Notes under the pieces: generated by a model | What the model was told of the DNA's origin: nothing | The model's database searches: none | The model's input: the letters and a program-made list of their open reading frames with translations, nothing else | Part shown: positions 41,001-50,021 of the stretch, one piece after another | How positions within the stretch are numbered: the stretch's first letter is position 1 | Layout: each line of letters opens with the position of its first letter | Program-made: the position numbers and the translations under genes | Source: a bacterium | GTDB lineage: Bacteria > SAR324 > NAC60-12 | DNA length: 64,000 nucleotides | Direction of reading: 5' to 3' | NCBI GenBank assembly: GCA_965205865.1 | Contig: CBDBHR010000029.1 | Location: 544,001-608,000, forward strand

Positions 41001-41669
41001 CATATCGCCGGTTTGATACCACGCGCGATAAAAGCAGATCCAGACAAGCGGGTGGTCTGTTGCAAATCTTTGGTCTTTCTGCTGTTTTCCTACAGAAGGT
41101 GTATGGGGCGGATCAACTTTTTGATACCAGCCAAACTTTGTCATCTTGATCAAGGGAGGAAAATTTTCTGAATTTTTCTGCAGCAGCATTCCTATGCATT
41201 CACCGGCATGGCGGAAATTTTCCAGACCGCCTTCCCTGAAATAATCAAAGAGTTGTCGGACAACTAATTCTTCAAAATCGCCATATTGGAAAAGCTCCGC
41301 ATCCCAATGATCGGTTCCTGAGAGGACTACAATGCGTGGAGGAGATCGATGAGTTTTCAGATGAAGCAATGCCTCCATCAAGTACGGAAAATATGCTTTC
41401 CCTCCCAATAAGCGCAAGACGATCAGCTTCGCCTGACTCAAAAGACGTTCGCAATAATCTTCCACCACCATCGGCTTTTGCAAGGGAGCAGCATGAGTGA
41501 TTCGCAAACGCTTGCCAAAGAGTGGCCCCCAGGTTTGCGCCACACACGCCAAATCAGTATCGGCAGCACTGATAAAGACTATTTCTCCAGGAGTCTGTTT
41601 GATTCTTTCATGAGCAAATTCCGCGCTCAACAGTCCGTTTTGGGTGGCAACTCGATGCATGGAGATCAC
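38010..41669 (-). CDS. cobN: Cobaltochelatase subunit CobN
   Basis: HFGKHGNLEWLPG, NNPGEGTQAKRR, LPTGRNF, HGYKGAFEM. Confidence 0.95.
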   Translation of the reverse strand: MISMHRVATQNGLLSAEFAHERIKQTPGEIVFISAADTDLACVAQTWGPLFGKRLRITHAAPLQKPMVVEDYCERLLSQAKLIVLRLLGGKAYFPYLMEALLHLKTHRSPPRIVVLSGTDHWDAELFQYGDFEELVVRQLFDYFREGGLENFRHAGECIGMLLQKNSENFPPLIKMTKFGWYQKVDPPHTPSVGKQQKDQRFATDHPLVWICFYRAWYQTGDMAVIDCLWDALAVAGFHVRAFYAYSLRDHHAQQTLLRAAQTKAPQVILTLQSFSIRINDGNRVSFLETLGCPVLQVPVSSQNRKAWLQNPRGLSPSDVAMNVALPEIDGRILTSVVGFKEECQGMAELEYAIKSLQPHAQQIRDIAALAKNWALLRKIANADKKIAIVLANYPNKNSRIGNGVGLDTPASVVLFMKKLVTMGYRLQDVPEDGEGLMRLLQSLQTNDEESSYGKPCEQGFAKQRLEAFIDALPSRCHQELSKHWSHDLPESIPVPGKQFGNVFVGIQPPRGFGMQTQAIYHSPDLPPTPEYISFYLWLREVFQVQAIIHFGKHGNLEWLPGRSVVLGAEDFPRICIGTVPHLYPFIVNNPGEGTQAKRRTSAAIVDHLTPPLARAGLYDDLQRIERLLEEHAHCETLYPERALALEHEIEHLLEHAAWREELPKEGDWLSALGNYLCEIKESQIRSGLHIFGQNPQGGQKIDFLLSLLRMPSAHYPGLLHSLLGRENDFDMEQLSISERDALDQKARLWIENALEKRVFPEEESEHLKILRQLLYDHLHPRLMQCQDEMKNLLQGLSGRFIAPGPSGAPTRGRIDVLPTGRNFFSIDPRMIPTPTSWLCGKQIAERLLERHQEDHGSYPRSIAMVIWGTSNMRTGGDDIAQALWLWGCEPVWERVSGRIIDFQIHPAHLLGRPRVDVLLRVSGLFRDAFGDTMRLLATIPKRLAVLEEPEELNPIRAAWLKEKKQLSEQGIAGEQCERMAYLRVFSSGPGSYGAGLLPLIDGGNWESREDLTKVFLKWGGHAYDTDGSSSEQMALFENRLGAVEVVHQNQDNREHDILDSDDYFQFQGGLHAAVHSIRGQAPITYHGDSSQPDQVKVRTLSEEFNRVFRSRVLNPRWIEAMKKHGYKGAFEMAATADYIFGYDATCDIVADYQYEELAHKLFLDEKQQDFFKRHNPAALQDSVKRLLEAHERGLWQEASPQTIEALELNLIELEGQLE

Positions 41670-41819
41670 TCAGACAAAGGAAAGTAAAAAATTCATTCAA
41701 GTGAGGGTTCCCACTCGAGCGAATAAAAGATACTGTGGGAGAAACGTTAAGGAAAAAAGCTTGCATGCGCAAGCGAAATCCTTGACTCCCGCCTTGCCGG
41801 CATCCGGAGCTTGACTTGA

Positions 41820-42821
41820 ATGATTCACCAACCCCTTTTTTCGACCTTCGACTGGCACTTCCCTTTCTTCCTGATGCTCCTCGCCCTGGCACTCGACCAG
41901 ATGCTGGGAGATCCAGTCTATCGTTTCCATCCCGTTCGCATAATCGGCGCCCTCCTGCTTTTTTTTGAAAGGCGCTTGAGACGCTTCGGACTGGATGGAT
42001 ACGGGGGCGGGGTGATCTTGGTTTTTCTGCTCGCTTTCATTGTTATGGGAAGTTACCAGGGAATTTTTCTCTTGTTGAAACAAGAGTATTGGTTTTTGGG
42101 ATGGGCTTGGGAATTATTCATTGTTTATAGCATGGTTGCTCTCAAGGATTTGAAAGCGCATGGACAACGGGTAGTGGTCGCAGCAAAAAAAGGAAGGCTC
42201 GAGCAAGCGCGCCGCCAGACAGGGAAAATGGTTGGCAGGGATACGGATCGTATGGATTTCGCCGCCTGCAAGCGGGCCGTTATCGAGAGTTTCAGTGAAA
42301 ATTTGAGCGATGCCGTGATCGCTCCTCTTCTTTTTTTACTTCTTTTCGGCGTGCCTGGTATGGTCTTTTATAAAACCATCAACACCCTGGATTCGATGGT
42401 GGGTTATCGCCATGGAAAATATCAGCATTTCGGCTGGTTTGCCGCAAGGCTCGATGACCTGCTCAATTGGATTCCGGCTCGTCTGACCTGGCTTTTGATC
42501 AGCGGGACGGCTCTCATTTGTCCGGGCTGTTCTGCCAGGAAGGCTTTCCATATCGGATGGTCTCAGCGCCACTTCCTCCCCAGCCCCAATGCCGGCTGGC
42601 CTCAGGCGGCTGCCGCGGGGGCGCTGCAATTGAAGTTGGTCGGCCCCCTTTGGAGAAAAGGCCAACTGGCCCACAACCATTGGATCGGAGACCCTCGAGA
42701 CCGGGAAGGCGCTACTAGTGAAGACATTGAGCAAATGTCGAAAATTGTCAATGGAAGTACAATTCTCTTCGGGATCGGATATTTTCTCCTGCTAACCTTG
42801 CTTCAACTCTGGGTTGCTTGA
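41820..42821 (+). CDS. cbiB: Adenosylcobinamide-phosphate synthase
   Basis: GDP..HPV, ENLSDA, NTLDSMVGY, SPNAGW. Confidence 0.93.
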   Translation: MIHQPLFSTFDWHFPFFLMLLALALDQMLGDPVYRFHPVRIIGALLLFFERRLRRFGLDGYGGGVILVFLLAFIVMGSYQGIFLLLKQEYWFLGWAWELFIVYSMVALKDLKAHGQRVVVAAKKGRLEQARRQTGKMVGRDTDRMDFAACKRAVIESFSENLSDAVIAPLLFLLLFGVPGMVFYKTINTLDSMVGYRHGKYQHFGWFAARLDDLLNWIPARLTWLLISGTALICPGCSARKAFHIGWSQRHFLPSPNAGWPQAAAAGALQLKLVGPLWRKGQLAHNHWIGDPRDREGATSEDIEQMSKIVNGSTILFGIGYFLLLTLLQLWVA

Positions 42822-43015
42822 TTACGAAACCCCCTCAACATACCTGTCGGCTGATTCAAACAATGGAATGTCACTGGAAACATCATAATATAGCCACTAC
42901 CGATTGGAAAAGGAATGAGCATTTCCGACATCTGAATGCAATTGAACCAATCCATCTGAAGAGCGTCCAAGGAATTCCTCTTTTAGTTCGTATGGATCTT
43001 CAGTATACTGAGCAG

Positions 43016-43228
43016 ATGAAGATATCCTTTACGATCGAATTTAAAAAATCGGCATTCGCCACCTTGAACAGTTTAAACGAGCCGATCGAAACAGAATTCC
43101 GGATGGAATTAAGGCGCAGTTGATACATACGTCCACGGAAGAAACGAGGAATAGGAAATTACTTCGACAGAATCCTCTGGCGGATTGGTAGTTACGAATT
43201 GATCCTTATCGGGTATTTTACGATATCA
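43016..43228 (+). pseudogene. RelE/ParE-family toxin pseudogene
   Basis: FTIEFKKSA, frameshift, then HLEQFKRADRNRI...ETRNRKLLRQNPLADW*LRIDPYRVFYDI. Confidence 0.75.
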
Positions 43229-43231
43229 AAA

Positions 43232-43907
43232 AGAAAGGGGGTCAGGCCTTTGATTAGGTGATTAACCTGAGTTCGAGATAAGAATTTAATAAATTCAATA
43301 TGTTATGGAATCTTCATATCTTAGAGAAACCTTGATAGGGGTCAGGAAGGCATTAGCCTCCCTGCCCTCCGAACCGTGCGTGCGGTTCTCCCGCACACGG
43401 CTCTCCAGTCGTTGGTTTCCTCATCGGGATTGGCTCGCTACCCATCGGGCTTCTTTCATGGTGAAAAGTCCGAGTTGCGCAAAGAAGAGATCGCCTTTGA
43501 CTCCGTTACCCAGAGCCGCCAACATACGTTCGATCCATATCGTTGTTTCCACCCAACTCCAATGAGGAGAGAAAGGGGGTCAGGCCTTTGATTAGGTGAT
43601 TAACCTGAGTTCGAGATAAGAATTTAATAAATTCAATATGTTATGGAATCTTCATATCTTAGAGAAACCTTGATAGGGGTCAGGAAGGCATTAGCCTCCC
43701 TGCCCTCCGAACCGTGCGTGCGGTTCTCCCGCACACGGCTCTCCAGTCGTTGGTTTCCTCATCGGGATTGGCTCGCTACCCATCGGGCTTCTTTCATGGT
43801 GAAAAGTCCGAGTTGCGCAAAGAAGAGATCGCCTTTGACTCCGTTACCCAGAGCCGCCAACATACGTTCGATCCATATCGTTGTTTCCACCCAACTCCAA
43901 TGAGGAG
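43232..43907. repeat. 338-bp tandem duplication (43232-43569 / 43570-43907)
   Basis: Identical 86-aa ORFs at 43305 and 43643; 2-nt AG junction overlap. Confidence 0.92.
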
Positions 43908-44623
43908 AGGCTTCTGTTTCCAGGTTAGTCATCTCCGACACTTTGGAAACTCCTTTTTCTTGAGGATCAACTTGATGAACTGCTCGTATCCAACTTCCTA
44001 CCCCGCTTCCCTCTTCGGGATTTTGCTTCTCCCGCTTTTCATGAAGCCTGCCTGTCAATTCAGGTTCGTGTTTGTTTTCCCTGTTGGCCATCTGCTTTCC
44101 CGATGGTGTCACAATATCCTCACCTTGTTGACAGACACAACTCCATTACGGTACTATCAGGGTTCTGACTCCTCTACCTCTCACCAAAGGCAGAGGTCTC
44201 CCTGCTTCTCTCGCTTAACCTTCCTGATGTTCCGTCCCCAACCACGTTATGCGCCTGACCCTCGTTTTATCCACCACCGCAACGGGATCAGTGAGTTTCA
44301 GACTTCGCCACGAATGAGCAAGCTCGTCGCTAACATGCCGCCGAATCGGGTTCGTTCTCCTACGGACCACCATTTCGCCTCCGGTTGCTCCCCACCCCGC
44401 CTCATGGCGACGCAGTTACCTTCGGCTACATGGCTGTGGTTTACCATGGCACGGAATTCCACCGTGCTGATTAAGCGCCTTCCCAGGCGCACTCATTCCT
44501 GCGAAAGCAGGAATCCGGAGGTATGCAGCCAGACTGAAATCCGGATCCCCGCTCCCCGCTTTCGCGAGGATGACATATACACTAGGATACTCATATTATT
44601 GAAGATTTATGTCGAACTCAGGT
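43603..44623. mobile_element. MITE-like element hosting the intron
   Basis: TIRs ACCTGAGTTCGA(G/C)ATAA; flanked by a TGATTA direct repeat. Confidence 0.75.
43673..44492 (-). mobile_element. Group II intron with internally deleted RT ORF
   Basis: 5' GTGCG at 44492; DV GAGCCGTGTGCGGGAGAACCGCACGCACGGTTC (43709-43741); DVI ending CCCCTAT at 43673; ORF N-terminus fused to C-terminus. Confidence 0.9.
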
Positions 44624-44655
44624 TGATTAAATAGTGTTACGTTAAATTCTATCAA

Positions 44656-45313
44656 TCAATTTTTCAAGGAGAATAAGATCCGTTTTGATTGCCCCTTCAC
44701 TTGACCGAGCGCATTGATGCCTGAATCGACAAAACTCGAGGCATCATCGCTATCCCTGGAAAAATGATCGCTTTCATGGTATATGGTAGCCACCCGTTGA
44801 TAGTCCAGCTTGGCGTGAGTCGCCTCGATACCGCTAGGAATGAGCACGTCCGTGGTGAGGGCGACGCGAAAGATAAAATCACCAATCACGCTGAGGCCAC
44901 GGGCGGCGGAGGTCGGGCTGACAGCCACGATCTGATTTTCTTGCCCAACCGGGAAAGCCTCTGTGGTCTCGGCTGAAGTCGCGGGTCCGATGATGACGGA
45001 GACCCCACTTGATGAATCAGTTTATTGAAGGCTTCCACGGCACCCTCCACGCTGCTGCGGTCATCTACGATGACGAACTCGATGCTGGCATCGTCGAAGC
45101 GTGTGTTGTTGATCTCATCGAGTGCCAGTTCCAAACCTTGTCCCATTGGTCTGCCAAACGAGGAGGCGAGTCGCCCAGTCACAGGTAAGACGACGCCGAG
45201 GGGAATCTCTCCACCAAGGCTTTCCTTGCTGGCATTGGCGGGTTGGAGAATTTGCGAAATCCGCTCACAGGCGGGAAGAAGCGCAATCAGCGCGCCAAGT
45301 TTACGTGTTTCAT
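44656..45313 (-). pseudogene. Branched-chain amino acid ABC substrate-binding protein, frameshifted and truncated
   Basis: EIPLGVVLPVTG..GLELALDEIN..DDRS; AVSPTSAARGLS..FIFR in another frame. Confidence 0.8.
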
Positions 45314-45404
45314 CTGAAACACCTCCACTGTCTCATCACTCTGCCTCCACCTAACGCGCGGGTATTAGGCAACAACAACGATAGGAGTTGTTCGCTTGCA
45401 TACC

Positions 45405-46589
45405 CTAGTGTGTCGCTCTTTTATTAATGTGTAAAAAAATCCTTGGTTTGCTATACTACGAGCTGTCCTTTTTTTTGCATATATGGAGACAGCATGAGAA
45501 AAGCACCAAGTATAAAACTGACCCGGGAAGAACGGGATGAATTGGGCAAAACCGCACGCCGTCATACCGGAGCGATGCGAGACACTCGTCGTGCGCGCAT
45601 CATCCTGTTGGCTGCTGATGGCCTTAAGAATCAAGAAATTGCCAAAACGCTTGGAACCAGCGGTAATGCCGTTGGAAAGTGGCGACGGCGCTTTGTTGAA
45701 AAAGGAATAACAGGTCTCAATGATGATCCGCGGCCTGGCAGGACACGCATTTATGGAGCGGATAAAATCGAGGAGATTGTGAAGAAAACCATTGAAGAGA
45801 AGCCTGAGGACCGTACCCATTGGAGCACGCGATCGATGGCCAAGGCAGTTGGCGTAGGCAAGACAACCGTCGGTAAAGTATGGAAGGCCCATCGCCTCAA
45901 GCCTCATCTGGAAAAAACATTTAAGTTGTCGCATGATAAGCATTTCACTGCGAAACTGAAAGATGTCATCGGTTTGTACATGAATCCTCCTGAGAAAGCG
46001 CTGGTCTTGAGCGTCGATGAGAAATCACAAATCCAGGCACTCGATCGCACCCAGCCAGGTCTGCCACTGAAACCAGGGCGCAATGGCACCAGAACTCATG
46101 ATTATATCCGTCATGGCACCTGCTGTCTGTTTACTGCTTTGAATACGCAGACAGGGGAAGTGCTCGCTCGCTGTGAAAAACGGCACCGACACCAAGAGTA
46201 TCTGCGCTTCCTGCGTCTTATTGACAAGACTACCTCGAAGCAACTGCAGGTACACTTGATCCTGGACAATTACGCCACCCACAAACATCTTAAGGTGAAA
46301 GAATGGCTCAAAAAACACCCGCGATTTCACCCGCATTTCATTCCTACTTCCTCCTCATGGCTGAACATGGTGGAACGCTTTTTTGGCAAGATCACTGCAG
46401 AACGGATTCGACGAGGCGCCTTCAAAAGCGTGCTCGAGTTGACCGAAGCCATCCATAGTTACATCGAGACACACAATCGCAACCCAAAACCCTATGTCTG
46501 GACTAAAACTGCCGAAGAAATTATCAACAAACTCAAACCTGTCTACCAAATGACCAATAATACAATGTATTAAACAGGCAATACACTAG
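45405..46589 (+). mobile_element. IS630-family insertion sequence, apparently intact
   Basis: CTAGTGT...ACACTAG ends with TA duplication at a CTAG target. Confidence 0.9.
45494..46573 (+). CDS. IS630 family transposase
   Basis: HTH, SVDEK, DYIRHGT, ILDNY, SSWLNMVERFF; GGAG RBS. Confidence 0.95.
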   Translation: MRKAPSIKLTREERDELGKTARRHTGAMRDTRRARIILLAADGLKNQEIAKTLGTSGNAVGKWRRRFVEKGITGLNDDPRPGRTRIYGADKIEEIVKKTIEEKPEDRTHWSTRSMAKAVGVGKTTVGKVWKAHRLKPHLEKTFKLSHDKHFTAKLKDVIGLYMNPPEKALVLSVDEKSQIQALDRTQPGLPLKPGRNGTRTHDYIRHGTCCLFTALNTQTGEVLARCEKRHRHQEYLRFLRLIDKTTSKQLQVHLILDNYATHKHLKVKEWLKKHPRFHPHFIPTSSSWLNMVERFFGKITAERIRRGAFKSVLELTEAIHSYIETHNRNPKPYVWTKTAEEIINKLKPVYQMTNNTMY

Positions 46590-46790
46590 TTAGACCTCTA
46601 GCTCATACCATATAGAAATAATAATTTTGCTTGGTTCTACACTTCCTCCGCATGATGATTGCTTTAAATCTATGATTTTGATTCCAGAATTAGCCTTAAT
46701 CCAAGCATTAATCTCCTCTTCAAGAGACAATGCTGTTTTTGATATATTACGAAAGTAACCACCTGATATTGCAAATATTTTAGTTTTCAT
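46590..46790 (-). CDS. Small hypothetical protein, gene-cassette-like
   Basis: AAGGAG RBS, AT-rich, stop codon inside GTCTAAC. Confidence 0.65.
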   Translation of the reverse strand: MKTKIFAISGGYFRNISKTALSLEEEINAWIKANSGIKIIDLKQSSCGGSVEPSKIIISIWYELEV

Positions 46791-47350
46791 GACGACTCCT
46801 TTTTTTGTTCATTATCACAGACCTGACGAAAAAGTTCAGTTGTGGTAGAGATTCGCCCAGATACCTCCAACAAACTAAACTCCACCGCAACCCAAAAACA
46901 TTACCACATAGGAAAATCGAAAATTTAGATGACCTTACCATTTGAAAATAGGTGTGTTAAGGGGAATTTAGGGGAGATTTTTTTGATTTTTTGGCAGATT
47001 TTTTGCCGGGATGTGCGGCCTTTGAATGTTTCGCCGCTTTTCTTCTACGCGGGTCGGAAAATACTGGATTTTAGACAAGGGGATCTCTGAGGTTTAAAGG
47101 CCCCATTCTGCATCACAAAAATAAGCTTCATCTGGCGGAAAGTCTCCCCAGTCATAGGAGTCTTCTAACTTATAGCGCATGATAGTAGGGAGGGCGTAAC
47201 CCGGCCATACCAGATTCTATCTCTAATCAACGTAATGATTAAACCTTTGTAATCATTACGATTATTTCTTATCTTAGTGCCATTCGGGACATGGACTTGT
47301 TCCGCGTCCCCATATTTTGCAGATTGTTTCATTACATGTCTCATAATTTT

Positions 47351-47790
47351 TCCTTTCTCAAAAGGTAACTATTCAGGTCTCTTAAGAACTGGACTTTGGA
47401 CATTCGATTTATTCTTTTAATTTTCATTATTCAATAATATCAATTGGTTGAAATTCTTTAAAAAATTAATACAGGTTACTGTTTTCTATTTTTGATGATA
47501 CGACCTGTATTAATTCCAATACAGATTCGTAAGACATTGATTTTATTAAACCCAAAAGTTAGATAAAATGTTCAAAGTCGAGTTAAGAACCCGATTGGTT
47601 AAATAACGTTGAAAAAAGATTCCCGGGGAGGATCCATCGCTTTCACGTCCTTCCACGATATTGTTCAATCGATCGGGTGGGAACTCTCTCCTTCCTTAAA
47701 ACAACAAGGCATGATTTTAGCACTACTACGCGGCCTCAAGCCCCAAATGAAAAAAATGCGGGATTCGCAAAAAATTTAAAAAATCATAAA
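47351..47790 (-). repeat. Promoter/leader module, copy 3 (interrupted by a MITE)
   Basis: Homology to copies 1 and 2 on both sides of 47389-47582. Confidence 0.85.
47389..47582. mobile_element. 194-bp AT-rich MITE
   Basis: TIRs CTGGACTTTGGACATT / AATGTTCAAAGTCGAG; 7-bp TSD TTAAGAA. Confidence 0.8.
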
Positions 47791-48310
47791 ATCAAGGAGG
47801 AAGGCGATTGATTTTTTTGAAAATGTTGGATAACAGAGGACCGGGAGACGCCTTCGCACAGCAAAAGGGAAGGAAAAGGGAGCATACAGTCGTAGGGAAT
47901 AAGGCATTGGGATAAAGATTTTTCTTTTCAAAGACCATTCGAACTTGTGAGATTATCTATTGGTGGGCATAATTGGGAGAACAGATGATCGCCTGAAAGG
48001 GTTTTCGACCGATGAGTTCCTCAAGTGGGGGCGCGTTTTTTCCAACAGTTTCCAAAGTGGAACGTGAGGCATTTAACATAAAAATCGACATGCTCGGACA
48101 CAGACTGGTTCATATCAAACGACTCGATTTAAAATAAGGAAGCCAACGATTTTTTAGAATCAAGGATTCGAAATTAGCGATATTCATATGTGGAAAATTT
48201 CAACATAGAGTCAAATAACCCACTCCAGTCGACGGCATAAAACAGTTAAAGAATTTTTAGAAGTACTGGATCCAACCTATGACAAGTCACTCATTCAAGA
48301 GATCAAATCG

Positions 48311-48685
48311 ATGCTGACTTTACTTTCAATCGGAGCAGGGGGTTTTCTTGGCAGCATTTCCCGATATTTTCTGTCCACCCAGGTTCATTTGCGGCTGGGG
48401 AGTGATTTTCCTTATGGAACCCTGGTCGTCAATGCCTTCGGTTCTTTTGTTTTGGGAACGCTTGCAGGTTATGCGTATGAGCACATGGCCATCAGCGAAG
48501 AGTTGAGGCAGAGTGTGACTGTTGGATTCTTGGGAGCTTTCACCACTTTTTCGACCTTCAGTTATGAAACGGTCATATTGATGCAAAGTGGAGATTACTG
48601 GAAAATGGGGATCAATATGTTGAGTAATGTATTGATCTGCCTTATTTTGTGTATCCTCGGATTAGAGCTTGTAAAAACGATTTGA
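48311..48685 (+). CDS. crcB: Fluoride channel FluC/CrcB
   Basis: GGFLGSISRY, FPYGTLVVN, GFLGAFTTFSTF. Confidence 0.96.
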   Translation: MLTLLSIGAGGFLGSISRYFLSTQVHLRLGSDFPYGTLVVNAFGSFVLGTLAGYAYEHMAISEELRQSVTVGFLGAFTTFSTFSYETVILMQSGDYWKMGINMLSNVLICLILCILGLELVKTI

Positions 48686-48694
48686 TGAGGTTTT

Positions 48695-49960
48695 ATGAAG
48701 CATACTATTCAATCAATCCAGGCACTGGAAATCCTGGATTCCCGGGGCAATCCGACTGTTCGAGTAAGAGTGACATTGGAAAATGGTTGCAGTGCGTCCG
48801 CATCGGTGCCGTCGGGAGCTTCCAAGGGGGAAAAAGAAGCCTTGGAACTGCGTGATGGAGACCCTGGTCGCTACGGAGGGAAAGGCGTGCTCAAGGCCAT
48901 TCGCAATATCAACCAGGAAATTTCACCAAAGCTGATCGGTATGGATTCAACCCGACAGGCGGAAATCGACGGACTGATGCTTTATCTGGATGGAACTCCT
49001 TTCAAACAAAACCTGGGAGCAAATGCTATTCTGGGCATTTCAATGGCAATTGCCGCAGTGGCAGCACAATCCGTTGATCTTCCTCTCTATGCATACATGG
49101 GGGGGGTGGACAGCTTCCTTTTACCCGTTCCGATGATGAACATCATCAATGGAGGAGAACATGCCGACAATAGTGTGGATCTGCAAGAATTTATGATTGT
49201 GCCTCTGGGGGCGCCGAATTTTACGGAAGCACTCAGGTATGGCGCCGAGACATTTCATGCCTTGAAAAAAATTCTCCGGACCAAAGGCTATGTTACGAAC
49301 GTGGGGGATGAAGGCGGCTTTGCCCCCAACTTGCAAAGCAACGAAGAAGCGTGTGAACTGATTGTGGAAGCAATTGAAACAGCCGGATACCGTCCGGGTG
49401 TGGAGATCAGCATTGCTCTGGATGCGGCGGCGAGTTCTTTTTCTGAAAAAGACTCCTACAACTTGGCCAAATCCGGTCAAGGGCAAAAGAGCCGGGAAGA
49501 GATGATTGCCCTGTATAAAAAATGGTGCAACCAGTATCCCATCGTTTCCCTGGAAGATCCTATGGACGAGCACGACTGGGATGGATTCTGCCAAATCACA
49601 AAGGAGATCGGAGACGAAATCCAGATTGTGGGAGACGATCTTTACGTAACCAACAAGGAATTTGTCAAAAAAGGCATCGAAAAGCAAGCTTCCACCGCAG
49701 TTTTGATCAAACTAAACCAAATCGGCAACGTCACGGAAACGATTGAGACCATCAATCTATGCCGAAAAGCCGGTTGGAACTATGTAGTTTCCCATCGCAG
49801 CGGTGATACCGAAGACACTTTTATCGCAGATTTCAGCGTTGCCATGGGCGGCGGACAAATCAAAACAGGGTCTCTCAGCCGCAGTGAACGGCTTGCCAAG
49901 TATAATCGTTTGATAGAAATTGAAGCAGCACTGGGAAAATCTGCTGTTTTCAGTTGGTGA
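48695..49960 (+). CDS. eno: Enolase
   Basis: EILDSRGNPTV, GDEGGFAP, VGDDL, SHRSG, RSERLAKYN. Confidence 0.97.
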   Translation: MKHTIQSIQALEILDSRGNPTVRVRVTLENGCSASASVPSGASKGEKEALELRDGDPGRYGGKGVLKAIRNINQEISPKLIGMDSTRQAEIDGLMLYLDGTPFKQNLGANAILGISMAIAAVAAQSVDLPLYAYMGGVDSFLLPVPMMNIINGGEHADNSVDLQEFMIVPLGAPNFTEALRYGAETFHALKKILRTKGYVTNVGDEGGFAPNLQSNEEACELIVEAIETAGYRPGVEISIALDAAASSFSEKDSYNLAKSGQGQKSREEMIALYKKWCNQYPIVSLEDPMDEHDWDGFCQITKEIGDEIQIVGDDLYVTNKEFVKKGIEKQASTAVLIKLNQIGNVTETIETINLCRKAGWNYVVSHRSGDTEDTFIADFSVAMGGGQIKTGSLSRSERLAKYNRLIEIEAALGKSAVFSW

Positions 49961-50021
49961 TTCCAGCTATTATTTTTAAATTCACGATCATCGTACTCGA
50001 GAATAACCGGGAACAGTTCCA

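Larger units (their letters stand above)
45349..46595 (-). other. attC-like recombination site (66 nt) split by IS630
   Basis: With the IS removed: GTCTAAC-TAGGGTATGCAAGC...GCCTAATACCCGCGC-GTTAGGT; R'' overlaps the stop codon of ORF 46590-46790. Confidence 0.65.

Noticed and set aside
41670-41820. Cobalamin riboswitch between cobN and cbiB
   Set aside because: No B12-box or GGGAA..GGTG..TCC core on either strand
43305-44634. 86-aa and 306-aa plus-strand ORFs
   Set aside because: Antisense to group II intron RNA; not credible proteins
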